A stretch of DNA of 64,000 nt from Octopus vulgaris (Eukaryota): NCBI GenBank assembly GCA_951406725.2, contig OX597824.1, positions 78,120,001 to 78,184,000 of the forward strand. Direction: 5' to 3'. This document shows positions 14,756-27,804 of the stretch, piece by piece; position 1 is the stretch's first letter, and every line of letters begins with the position of its first letter. The translations under genes and the position numbers were made by a program. The notes below the pieces were generated by a model. The model was not told where the DNA came from and did not search any database. It saw nothing but the letters and a program-made list of their open reading frames with translations.

Positions 14756-15812
14756 CAAATTAACCTATTCACTATATTAAATTGTCATTCTGACGAATAT
14801 GGTGGGTTGTGATGGTGGGGCATAAAGGAAAAATCATATTGATGAAACTTGGGATTATGTTATTATTCAGAATGCATTCATGCATGCAGTTAAACCTCAG
14901 TACTTAGGTATGTTCAGTTAAGTGCGTCAAATGTTAGGTTATGGAGTTTTTAAGGATTTATAAAAGAATGATAGTAGGTGGTAAGGACAATTGTTCAGCA
15001 GATCTCTTTAATTGCTGTTTCTATTATTTTAGATAGTTTACCCATTTGATATTAGAAGGCTGGAGGTTAACAGCCAAGTATGTCATGTAGTTATTTATGT
15101 AGAAATTTGTCTACCTTATGCTGTCATATTAAATGGTGTAGATTGTAAAGTTAGATTGGTCAGCAGATATCTCTCTTGGGATTAATTGTTCTAGTAGAGT
15201 TAATTGTTCTAGATCATTATTTAGACATTAAAATTTTTTGTTATAGGGTGGTTAAGGTTGTGGGCTATGGTTTTACAAAGTTTTCTTCTAACTGGTTTCG
15301 AGACAGGCTATTTACTAAAATATTACATATGACCTATGAATATTAGCAAATGTGAGACATTTTTATACAGGTATATATACAAACAGAAATATAAAAGCAA
15401 CATATGTTTTAACCAAGATAATTCCCTGCCACCCTTGCACGCGCCCGCGCATGCGTGTGTGTTTGTTTGTGAATCAAAGTGTGTGCACTTATATTACAAA
15501 ATAGTTGGTGAGAAAATTTTGTTTGGAAGTTGGGCAACTTTTAGATAATATCTAAAGTATTTGTTTAGTTGTAATGCTAGTGCTTATTTACAATCTGAGG
15601 ACAGCATGAGGTAAAGTCAGGTGAGAGGAGGAAAGGTAATGGAATATTTTCATGGTTAGCTGTTCATAGAACATATAGGTTTTACTATTTTGAATATTGT
15701 GTTTGTAGGGAGAAACTAATCCGGAGTTTCAGTTCGGATGCGTATCGACTGAAATGGAGAACACTTAGTTTTAAAGGTGTGGTTGTGATTATTCATTTCT
15801 AAATATATCAGA

Positions 15813-16252
15813 CTAGCAGCATAGCCCGGCGTTGCCCGGGTATGTAAGAGCCCCTAGTAGGCAACGACTAATCCCAATCTAGTCCTTTCCCTCTAGGGAA
15901 CGAAGGCGCATGTGTAGGTTGCAATGTCTTCTCTTCACTCGAATACTTCTGTGTATACGATGTTCCTAGCTGTCCCTTTGGGCGATAAAAAAGTCGAGTT
16001 GTGTCCCCTAGACAGAAAATGTGTTGCATAGGAAAAGCTTAGATTCTCGACCCCATGTCGAATTTATCGATTTTTGTCAGAACTGGGGGAACTTTTCAAA
16101 ATTTTCACTGCGTTAGTTTTGAATTATGACATTGGGCTATGTGTGTGTCAAGTTTCATCAGAATCGTTTGAAAGCCGGGGTCAGGGTGAGGGTACAACCT
16201 GACAGACACACAGACATACAGACAGACAAACTGCCGTTTATATAGAGAGAGA
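15813..16252 (-). mobile_element. Non-autonomous Helitron
   Basis: Minus strand runs 5'-TC...CTAG-3' with a subterminal hairpin (plus strand CCCGGCGTTGCCCGGG). It is inserted between A and T with no TSD and has (GTCT)-like repeats near the 5' end. Confidence 0.8.
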
Positions 16253-16440
16253 TTTTAACGCGTATGATAGACAAATTTCTATACCAACAACACCATGACA
16301 TACTTCACTGCTACCCTTCACTTCCCAGTACCCAACAGGAATAACCTCATAACTGACACAAATAACGAGTACAGAAATCTGCTAAACAACTATCCTTACC
16401 ATCTACTTACATTCTTTTGTGAACCCTTAAAATCTCTATA

Positions 16441-16970
<530 letters not shown>

Positions 16971-17303
16971 ACGGAGCTATAAGCTAGCACACCTAAAGAA
17001 TACACCTAAATATAAAGGTTTAAATGTTGGACTTAACTCTGAAATTTTACCTCCAGTGCCCCAGAAAAACGGTTAAATCTGAAAACGTTAGCTAACCTTT
17101 TCCACAATCCTAAATTTTCTTATGTATTCCATAAAAATCTACCCATTACCAGAAGGTGACACACCTAAATAGATACACCAAATTATTAATTTTTATACGC
17201 ATGAATAAAATTTGAATAGAAATATAACCCCAAATTCAATCAATATATAAATATTCAATAAAACCCATAATCAGTAATCAATAAAGCTTTACCTAAACCA
17301 GAT

Positions 17304-17689
17304 GGAGGCGCAATGGCCCAGTGGTTACGGCAACGGACTCGCCGTCATAGGATCGCGGTTTCGATTCCCAGACCGGGCGTTGTGAGTGTTTATTGAGTGA
17401 AAACACCTAAAGCTCCACGAGGCTCCGGCAGGGGATGGTGGTGATCCCTGATGTACTCTTTCGCCACAACTTTCTCTCACTCTTACTTCCTGTTTCTGTT
17501 GTACCTGTATTTCAAAGGGCCGGCCTTGTCACTCACTGTGTCACGCTGAATATCCCCGAGAACTACGTTAAGGGTACACGTGTCTGTGGAGTGCTCAGCC
17601 ACTTGCACTTTAATTTCACGAGCAGGCTGTTCCGTTGATTCGGATCAACCGGAACCCTCGTCGTCGTAACCGACGGAGTGGTTCCTTCC
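17304..17689 (+). mobile_element. tRNA-derived SINE family B
   Basis: A box TGGCCCAGTGG, B box GTTTCGATTCC, and TSD ACCTAAACCAGA at 17291-17302 and 17690-17701. Confidence 0.9.
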
Positions 17690-17744
17690 ACCTAAACCAG
17701 AAAATTTTAACTTAACACAGATAAAATAAAACCATGATGAGCTC

Positions 17745-18710
17745 GAATGTACATCAGTCCGATGATGCCTAAGCTGGCCTAAATTTCAAAGAGATCAAAG
17801 AAGAAAAGGATCCCATCACCTTTAAACGGAATCTGGGCAGATTTCTTCAAGGTGATCTCTTTCGGGAAAATGTTAAACAGGGCAGGACCTGTTGAGGAAA
17901 AGAAATTGAGTTGCAGTTTACCTATATGTTGTGATCCTGAATTGGGCAAGAGTCGTATAGCCCGAACCTTGAAACTAATGTTCAAGTCGTTTGTGCAATG
18001 CTGGCGTACAAATGATGTACCGCTCGCCGCGGCGCTGGAGAGGGTAGAGTTTCAAGGCTTTAAGGCAGTTCCAATAATCGAGGTCAGTCATGCCTTCAAT
18101 TCGTTTAGTGAGTGCCCTCTGGGGTTATTCAATCCTCGAGATGTTTTGCTTTATATGGGGAGACCACAAGGTGCAGCAGTATTCGGGGTGTGGCAGTACA
18201 AAGAAGGAGAAAAGTGGTATGATGACACCTTGTTCTCTGGACTGGAGGGTTCTTAAGATCCAGGAGCTCATCCCACGAGCTATATCGACCTTATTGTTGA
18301 TGTGGACACTCCAACTGAGATTGTTATCTACAATTACACCCAAGCTTCTGATATTATTAGATGCCGTGAGTGGTCCCATGAAGGAAGAAAGTATGGCTGT
18401 TTTAGCATAGACTTTCTTCCCAAATGCATCAGCTCAACTTATCCCTCGTTCAGTTGCATTTTGTTTTTGGCTGCCCATTGACTCGCAGCATATAGTTCAG
18501 ACTGAAGTTAAGTTCGGTCTTCTTCTTCATTGATGATTTGCTGGAGCTTAATGTCATCAGCAAACATTTTCACTTTGCAGTGATTTACGATGCTGGAATT
18601 GTCATTTATGTAAATTATATAGAGGAGCGGGCCCAAGACAGTTCCCTGAAGGACACCACTGGTGACTTTTGGTGGGCTTGAGTGGACTCGATCGACCAGA
18701 ACATGTTCTG
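17745..18710 (-). mobile_element. Degenerate CR1/L2-group LINE RT fragment
   Basis: Minus strand reads [20 protein letters not shown]...KMFADDIKL and RSLGVIVDNNLSWSVHIN...PHPEYCCTLWSPH, with stops and frameshifts. Confidence 0.88.
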
Positions 18711-18720
18711 TTCTATTCGA

Positions 18721-18838
<118 letters not shown>

Positions 18839-18949
18839 GTGTGTGTGTATGTACGTATATATGTATTTACATCACTTTTAAAGCTATTTCAACAGATTTT
18901 CTATAGAAATTAGAGGCAGAACTGAAAGTTATTCTTATACGAATACATC

Positions 18950-18984
<35 letters not shown>

Positions 18985-19115
18985 GGCATTATACATACAT
19001 GCCAGCGGGCATTATACATACATGCCACACGCTAAGAGGGACAATTAGTCATTTCTACCAAAAATATTCTAATCCACCGAGTGCAATTTTTCAAAGTAAG
19101 GCATTTAAAAATATA

Positions 19116-19161
19116 GACCTGTATCACAGTGATTTCATACTTACGTACTCATCAGCAGGCC
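19116..19161 (-). ncRNA. Type I hammerhead ribozyme (monomer 1)
   Basis: GGCCUG-CUGAUGA-GUAC(GUAA)GUAU-GAAA-UCACUGUGA-UA^CAGGUC has a full core, stem I GGCCUG/CAGGUC, a GNRA-capped stem II and a palindromic stem III. Confidence 0.85.
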
Positions 19162-19589
19162 TGAATGTCATCATAAACAAACGACCCTGCCCGCTTAAGT
19201 CGATCAGCTAACTGATCAACATCAACGAAGCACATGGGTGAGTTTACATATATTACATCCTGTAAATGGCATACTTTTACGAATTGCATTTCGGAGAGGA
19301 AAAGTTTTTTCGGAATAAAAATTTAGCAATTAAGGACAACTACTTAATAAGGAAAACTTAACAAGAAATTGTCAGGTAGATAGCGTGAAAACCTCATAAG
19401 AGAATAAATTTCGAAAATAATTATTTCTTATTGAACATATTAATTTATATATAGAGGGCATTATACATACATGCCAGCGGGCATTATACATACATGCCAC
19501 ACGCTAAGAGGGACAATTAGTCATTTCTACCAAAAATATTACTAATCCCACCGAGTGCAATTTTTCAAAGTAAGACATTTAAAAATATA

Positions 19590-19634
19590 GACCTGTATCA
19601 CAGTGATTTCATACTTACGTACTCATCAGAGGCC
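19590..19634 (-). ncRNA. Hammerhead ribozyme (monomer 2, one base missing in stem I)
   Basis: Same motif as 19116-19161, with CATCAGAGGCC instead of CATCAGCAGGCC on the plus strand. Confidence 0.7.
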
Positions 19635-20065
19635 TGAATGTATCATACATAAACAAACGACCCTGCCCCGCTTAAGTCGATCAGCTAACTGATCAACATC
19701 AACGAAGCACATGGGTGAGTTTACATATATTACATCCTGTAAATGGCATACTTTTACGAATTGCATTTCGGGAGAGGAAAAGTTTTTTCGGAATAAAAAT
19801 TTAGAATTAAGGACAACTACTTAATAAGGAAAACTTAACAAGAAATTGTCAGGTAGATAGCGTGAAAACCTCATAAGAGAATAAATTTCGAAAATAATTA
19901 TTTCTTATTGAACATATTAATTTATATATAGAGGGCATTATACATACATGCCAGCGGGCATTATACATACATGCCACACGCTAAGAGGGACAATTAGTCA
20001 TTTCTACCAAAAATATTACTAATCCCACCGAGTGAAATTTTCAAAGTAAGACATTTAAAAATATA

Positions 20066-20111
20066 GACCTGTATCACAGTGATTTCATACTTACGTGCTC
20101 ATCAGCAGGCC
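20066..20111 (-). ncRNA. Hammerhead ribozyme (monomer 3)
   Basis: Same motif. Stem II has GCAC instead of GUAC, giving one mismatch. Confidence 0.75.
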
Positions 20112-20541
20112 TGAATGTATCATACATAAACAAACGACCCTGCCCGCTTAAGTCGATCAGCTAACTGATCAACATCAACGAAGCACATGGGTGAGTTTAC
20201 ATATATTACATCCTGTAAATGGCATACTTTTACGAATTGCATTTCGGGAGAGGAAAAGTTTTTCGGAATAAAATTTAGCAATTAAGGACAACTACTTAAT
20301 AAGGAAAACTTAACAAGAAATTGTCAGGTAGATAGCGTGAAAACCTCATAAGAGAATAAATTTCGAAAATAATTATTTCTTATTGAACATATTAATTTAT
20401 ATATAGAGGGCATTATACATACATGCCAGCGGGCATTATACATACATGCCACACGCTAAGAGGGACAATTAGTCATTTCTACCAAAAATATTACTAATCC
20501 CACCGAGTGCAATTTTTCAAAGTAAGACATTTAAAAATATA

Positions 20542-20587
20542 GACCTGTATCACAGTGATTTCATACTTACGTACTCATCAGCAGGCC
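20542..20587 (-). ncRNA. Hammerhead ribozyme (monomer 4)
   Basis: Identical to 19116-19161. Confidence 0.85.
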
Positions 20588-21084
20588 TGAATGTATCATA
20601 CATAAACAAACGACCCTGCCGCTTACGTCGATCAGCTAACTGATCAACATCAACGAAGCACATGCAAATTGCTAAATTTTTATTCCGAAAAACTTTTCCT
20701 CTCCCGAAATGCAATTCGTAAAAGTATGCCATTTACAGGATGTAATATATGTAAACTCACCCATGTGCTCCGTTGATGTTGATCAGTTAGCTGATCGACT
20801 TAAGCGGGGCGTCTTTGTTTATGTATGTATTCAGCTTATTGATAAGGTCTATATTTTTAAATGTCTTACTTTGAAAAATTGACTATTATATATTTTGGTA
20901 GAAATGACTATTGTCCTCTTATGTGGCATGTATGTATGCCCGCTGCATGTATGTATAATGCCCTCTATATATAAATTAATATGTTCAATAGAAATAATTA
21001 TTTTCGAAATTTATTCTCTTATGAGGTTTTCACGCTATCTACCTGACAATTTCTTGTTAAGTTTTCCTTATTAAGTAGTTGTCC

Positions 21085-21130
<46 letters not shown>

Positions 21131-21724
21131 TATATGTGTGTGTGTGTGTATAAGGTAAACGTGTGTGCGTCTAGATACAGACATATATATAGAGATTGAT
21201 AGATAGATATAGATATATAGATATACACACACACATATTTATACATATACATATATATATACATACATATTGTACAGAGGTGGAATGTATTGTTACTTAG
21301 CCGATAAAATCCCAGAGTTCATTATATTGGAAGATATTTTAATGCCTACCGCAAGTTAAAATATGCTATAAATGGGTTCAGATTAAGTTACTGTAATAGC
21401 AACTAAAATGAATGACAAATATGTGTAATTTTTGTACAGGAAGAGAAAACTATGAACGTTTCAGAGCTATTCCATGTGTCAAGATAGAGAGAGAGAAAAT
21501 ATAAATAGAAAATAATCCGGATTCTGTTATACAACATATATAGATGAAGGAAGTGATTAGGCAAGAATGCCGTATCCGAACAGCGAAGTATGGAGCTGGA
21601 TAAATTGACGGTAAACAGAAATACTAGATATGCGCTATGAATGGTGAGGAAGAATAGACTAAGTCTGTGTGTACATGTATGTGTTTCCACGAGTGTTTGC
21701 ATGTTTGTTAGTGAGAATATGTAT

Positions 21725-22144
21725 ACTCTTACTCTTTTACTTGTTTCAGTCATTTGACCGTGGCCATGCTGGAGCACCACCTTTTAGTCGTGCAAATCGA
21801 CCCCCGGGACTTATTCTTTGTAAGCCTAGTACTTATTATATCGGTCTCTATTGCCGAACCGCTAAGTTACGGGGACGTAAACACACCAGCATCGGTTGTC
21901 AAGCGATGTTGGTGGGGTGGGGGGACAAATACAGACACACAAACTCATACACATACATTTATATATACATATACATATATACGACGGGTTTCTTTCAGTT
22001 TCCGTCTACCAAATCCACTCACAAGGCGTTGGTCGGCCCGAGGTTATAGTAGAAGACACTTGACCAAGGTGCCACGCAGTGGGACTGAACCCGAAACCAT
22101 GTGGTTGGTAAGCAAGCTACTTACCACACAGCCACTCCTACGCC
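21725..22144 (-). mobile_element. SINE family A
   Basis: Full-length reverse-complement copy. Confidence 0.9.
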
Positions 22145-22635
22145 TATATTGACATTCGAGTATGTGTCTGGGTGGATGAAGGTCAAGGCTGAAAGTGCGA
22201 ATGTCCTTGCTTCAGAAAACAGAGAAATATTTACGATTGCTGAGGTAATTGGGCGAAATAACATCTCAATTTTAGAATGCTCCATGTTCCCCAAAGTAAC
22301 CCAATGTATCATCCAAACACGAAACAGCGTTACTGGAGATGTTCCTCGGTGTTGAAATTGCTGCTCATGCATATTGGGAGTGTGGGAGTTTCTCAATGTG
22401 ACTCAAGGGCGACGGAAATACGGAAGCGTTAGGGGACTAATTAATTCCAGATAAAACCAAGCGGGAGAAACCTATCCAGTTGGAACATCTGCATTTGTCA
22501 TTTTTCGAAGTAATATAGCAGGTAAAGAAACATAGTGTTGTGGTAATCTGAAATTTTACTTAGAGTTGGCATAGCAACTGAATTGGCAAGCAGCAAATTT
22601 AGGAAAGAGTCTTAGAGTGTTCTGATGTATATATG

Positions 22636-22687
<52 letters not shown>

Positions 22688-22691
<4 letters not shown>

Positions 22692-22915
22692 AGCTTTATG
22701 AAAATAGACAAAAGACGAAGGCAGGTTTACGGAAATAAACAAAAGACGAAGGCAGGTGGAATACAAACAAACAATTGTATTAGTATGGCGCTCAGGAAAT
22801 ATAAATAAAACAAGTCTTTAACGTTTCGAGCCTGCGCTCTTCAACAGAAAGATACACAGAGAAGAAACACAGAAAGAAGGAGAGAAAAAATGCGTGCAGA
22901 GGCTAGCGAATCAAC
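22688..22915 (-). mobile_element. Penelope pLTR-like element with atypical HHR-like motif at 22815-22852
   Basis: Same family as 57158-57355 and 43960-44112. Lies in (TA)n. Confidence 0.65.
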
Positions 22916-22921
22916 ACACAC

Positions 22922-22993
<72 letters not shown>

Positions 22994-24191
22994 CAAAGTC
23001 ATTGCTTGCAATGTTACCCAGGCAAACTGGCGCATGATGGGAAAAAACTATGAATTAAATTTACATTGAAATGTTAATAGGAAAGGAATGAAACCATTGG
23101 AGCAATAGTTATGAAGATATTCGGGGTTTGGAGTATAAATACCCAGAACGGTGCATAATGTAAAAAATGTTCCGCATTTAACTTAATCCTGAAAGGGAAG
23201 AACTTCTAACCTTTGAATTAGACTGATTTGACAACGAAAATATACGATTTGCTTTTTTACATTAAATATATGTATTATATATACATACAACCTTCGACAG
23301 AGTAAGTCTTATGTACAACTTGAACAGACACACAAACCAGTACATAAACATACGTTTACATATACATACACATATACATACACATATACACACACGTAGA
23401 CACACGTAGATTTACATACGTAAATGCTCATATACATACATTCATAGATACATACATAAACACATATATATATAATGAACTTCGTAACCTTGGTGTGAAA
23501 TAGATTTTTTCCTCGAGGTTTTTTTTCGAGTGCATTCAACGTTATCTTACATCCAAAGATTTGGCTGATATTTCTAACACGCTCTGCTACTACGTAACAG
23601 CTATTTGCGATAACGGATCCGACATACCTGTTACGTGGTAGCAGGGCGTGCAAGAAAATCACCACTGTGATTTTGGACTTTTTCCACACCTTTTTTTTTT
23701 TTGGTTGATTGCGTCAAGGTGGTGGGATATCATAAGGCCACTCCTACATGTACTTTTACCCTGGTTGTTGGCCCATTTGTTGTATGAGGGAGTTTGACAT
23801 TGCTGCCCTCGTCTGTTTTTCCTGCCGGAGCGCTGGCTCTTTTGTATTGTGGATAGGAGACTGTTCAAAAGCATACGTGTGTATTTGTATGAATGTATGT
23901 ATGTATGTATGTATGTATGTATGTATGTATGTATGTATGTATGTATGTATGTATGTATGTATGGATGTATGTATGTATGTAGCAGCATTGGCGGCACATA
24001 GATAAAATTAGTGGACGCATTAATTGAGTAAATGTTTAGCCGACGTTTTAATATTCTTTTGTAAATCGACTTGCCTAACTTGCTTGTTCTTACATTTACG
24101 CTTCTACCAGCTCAAGTTCAAATCTCTTGAGCACTACGAAATGTATTCTATACGGAGAATATCTGTCTCTTATCTATAAACTATATAGATC

Positions 24192-24278
<87 letters not shown>

Positions 24279-24329
24279 TGGTTTATTTGTATTATATGTT
24301 TGCTAAGGCCTTGCAGAACGATATCTATC

Positions 24330-24760
24330 AAGGGGTTTCCAAATTTCACCACGACACACTTTCTGAAGTCCGTCATGAGGTTAATAGAGGTCATCTACAG
24401 TTCCTATTTCTGCTATATACATCTCCAGGGATCTGTCTTATGGCAAAGAGGATATCAATAGGGCTTCTTTCGCAACAAAAGCCAAGTTGGCTTTCTAGCG
24501 GTAGATTGTTAGCGTTAAATTGTTGAATGAGGTGAGTCAACATTATTGTTGCCAAGATTTTTCCGGCATCTGACAAAGGATAAATAATCCTATTGAGTGC
24601 CACGTGACTGTCTAACAACTTTGTTCTCATACAGGCGAATGTTTCAAACATACGAGAATTCTTAGAGAATGACACATCTTGACTACCTGAAGGAAATAGC
24701 TTAGTTATATATTCAATTGTCATTTCACCACTACAGGCAATAATATTTCAGCAGTAATTC
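24330..24760 (-). mobile_element. Decayed RTE-clade LINE RT fragment
   Basis: LSDAGKILATIMLTHL...LESQLGFCCERSPIDILFAIRQI matches the RTE RT N-terminal pattern. Confidence 0.75.
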
Positions 24761-24829
24761 ATTTTGCATCTATCAGATGGTCTTTTAAAGGACAGTGACC
24801 TCATAACTACACTGCTTCTTAAACAATAG

Positions 24830-25290
24830 TAGGAATTTCAGACGTGGCTGTGTGATGAAAAGTCTGCTTCTCAATCACATGGTTCCTAGTTCAGTATAGC
24901 TGTGTCCACCTCGAGCAAGTGTCTTCTACTATATCCTCTGTCTAACCAAATGCTTATGAATGGATTTGTTAGGTGGAGACTGAAAGAATCTCGTCTTGTG
25001 TGCGTGTTTATCTCCATGTGTGTGCGTGTGTCAGTTTGTTTGTCCGTGTCTGTGTCTGTGTATGTCTTTGTGTTTTTGTGTATGTTTGTCCCTATGATTG
25101 GGGACAAACTTGACAACCGATGTCGGTGTGACTATGTCCTCGTAATAAGGCGGTCCGGCAAAAGCGACTGACAGAATAAGTACCAGGCTTTAAAAAATAT
25201 TAAGTACTTGTCTCAACTTATCCGTCTAAAAAAAATTCTAAATGGTACTCCTGCAGGGTCGCTGTCTCACGACTGAAACAAGTAGGAGAT
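24830..25290 (+). mobile_element. Old SINE family A copy
   Basis: Diverged but colinear with the family. Confidence 0.7.
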
Positions 25291-26641
25291 AATAGATAAT
25301 TGTTCTGTTGATGGCAATCTGAAACAGATTCTGAACAGACTCGCCATTTGTGTCTGTGATCAGTTCAGAATATTCTTAAAAATTTCAGTCCTTCTTTCAC
25401 ATATTACGTTTTGGTTGTGATATTTGCATTTCGTTCTGCTGAGAAAAGGAAGGAAATAGGCGCACGGACTTAAAATGGACTTCATCAGAACTTCATTTCC
25501 TTGAATTGTTTGCGTCAGCACACATTTGCCTCCTGAGCCATATTTTCAAGCCAGCTACTTTTTTTCTTTTGCATTACTGTTTTACTTAAATGCAGATAGT
25601 TTTAATTAGCTTATTGTTTTTTTAAAGAAGCCCCAACTTCTTAATTATTTTCATCAAATCAACCCTTGTAAGATCCATTTACGAAGGGACCTGACCAAGT
25701 ATTCAAGCACGAGAAATTTACAGAGTCACTTTTACAGAAGCCTGGTTGCTCTCTATACCATGAAGCAGGGAGGGCATTTTGTCTTGTGTTTTAAGGAGGA
25801 TTTCATTTAAAAAGGTTTAGAAATGCAGATGATTTAAGATTCCTGTCACTCTTCTTAGTCGTCTCGGTTATAGAATACTCTAAAACTATCTCCTACGTCT
25901 AAATTTTAACTTTACTTATAACGAGGCTATGATCAGCACTGTATTCAACAACTTATGTAAGACTTAACTTATACATACATCGTTGTGACAGCACCTTTAC
26001 ACAGTTATATATTTCAGAAGTTACCAGTAATTGGAGTGAGAATGCAACCAATATATTCTGCATAATTCTAGAAAAGAAATTCTTGTTGGTTATAAACAGG
26101 CTGTTTTCATTTCATTTTCTTGAAAGCAGGAAGAAGCCAGTATTATTACCAGATCCGACCCTGCAATGACGAATGACATGAAACTAAGCAGTCGTCTGAT
26201 CTTTGTCTGTTATTGACATCGCCAAGGAAAAATAGCATATTTGACGATATCAACTAAAAACGTAGATTCAAGATTACAATCAAAACTTTTGCAGATGAAT
26301 ATGTCCCCTTCATCAATGATTATCGACTCACCCCGATTTATCTCGGTGGGTCAATAATCATTGATGAATATAACATGTTCCTCTTTTTAAGTGGACTTCC
26401 ACGAAAAATGATTCTATCGCTTATCCGTTTCCAGATAGAATCCAGTTGAGCAGCAAGAGAATATATCATAGAATCTTGCCACCGCTTATTCTGAGTTTTG
26501 TTCTTTCTTGGTTCTTCCAGAAAAGCATAAACTAGCACTTATGCTAGTAGCTATTGGACATTTTTATCGATGTTTTTTTTAACCAAATACATTATAAGCC
26601 ATAATTTACAGCTGTACTTCTTCCCACGTACACCGTTAAAT

Positions 26642-26684
<43 letters not shown>

Positions 26685-26730
26685 ACATTCATACACTCTC
26701 TTATCTATTTATATATCTCTGTCTCTCCTC

Positions 26731-26895
26731 AGTGGCAAGAGAGGAAGAGGCCGACCAAGAACCCGCTGGTTTGACACCATCAAGAGTGATACCGGAATGG
26801 ACATAGCCAATCTAAAAGAAGCGGCCCAGGATAGAACTGACTGTAGGACACTGATCCATCGAGTAACCGAGAGTCGACTTCGACTGAGCGGATAG
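26731..26895 (+). mobile_element. RTE (BovB-like) LINE 3' end
   Basis: Encodes SGKRGRGRPRTRWFDTIKSDTGMDIANLKEAAQDRTDCRTLIHRVTESRLRLSG*, followed by a (TAGA)n tail. Confidence 0.85.
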
Positions 26896-26993
26896 ATAGA
26901 TAGATAGATAGTCTCTCCTCTCCCTCTCTCCCTCTCTCTCTCACACACACACACCAACATATGTATGTTTGTGTATATGCGTGCTTATCAATG

Positions 26994-27379
26994 GGAGGTG
27001 CAATGGCCCAGTGGTTAGGGCAGCGGACTCGCGGTCGTAGGATCGCGGTTTCGATTCCCAGACCGGGTGTCGTGAGTGTTTATTGAGCGAAAACACCTAA
27101 AGCTCGATGGGGCTCCGGCAGGGATGGTGGTGATCCCTGCTGTACTTTTTCACCACAACTTTCTCTCACTCTTACTTCCTGTTTCTGTTGTACCTGTATT
27201 TCAAAGGGCCGGCCTTGTCACTCTCTGTCTCACGCTAAATATCCCCGAGAACTACGTTAAGGGTACACGTGTCTGTGGAGTGCTCAGCCACTTACACGTT
27301 AATTTCACGAGCAGGCTGTTCCGTTGATTCGGATCAACCGGAACCCTCGTCGTCATAACCGACGGAGTGCTTCCATCCA
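26994..27379 (+). mobile_element. SINE family B
   Basis: Near-identical to 17304-17689, with TSD TTATCAATG. Confidence 0.9.
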
Positions 27380-27804
27380 TTATCAATGACTTCTTTTTTA
27401 GCATACATCATACCTTCCCAAACACTAATAGCCACAACACCAAAACCAATAACATCAACGACAAAAACAGCAGCGAAAACAATATTACAAGCAGATACAG
27501 CCACAATATCAGCTATTTTGTGCGTGGTTCTTCTGTGTTCATTGACAACTTTTCAGAATAAAAGCGAAAAAAACTGAACACATTTAATACGAAGATATTG
27601 GATTATTGGAATAACTTGGAGACTTGTAGCTGTTAATATGACATCAACTTCAAAACAACAAACCGCTAAGGGAGTTTCGATGTCGCCGTTTCAGTTGCTA
27701 GAAATACCAGTCAAATTACCAAGAAATAATATACCATCTTAAAGAAATCTCCATATTCTTTGGTAAAAACAAAAAACAGATTATTTTTTTATTATTATTA
27801 TTAT

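Larger units (their letters stand above)
18982..21088 (-). repeat. Tandem array of ~475-bp HHR-bearing monomers (about 3.5 direct units plus one inverted unit)
   Basis: GAGGGCATTATACATAC recurs at 18982, 19454, 19931 and 20406 (spacings 472, 477, 475). 20666-21088 is a reverse-complement monomer. (TA)n lies on both sides. Confidence 0.95.

Noticed and set aside
17304-17380. tRNA genes at SINE heads (also 26994, 30884, 35355, 54508)
   Set aside because: A and B boxes are present but run on into SINE bodies, mostly with TSDs, and no complete cloverleaf is evident.
18982-21088. CRISPR array or simple satellite interpretation
   Set aside because: Whole 475-bp units repeat with no unique spacers, and there are no cas genes. 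The HHR and the dispersed homolog argue for a retro-derived element.
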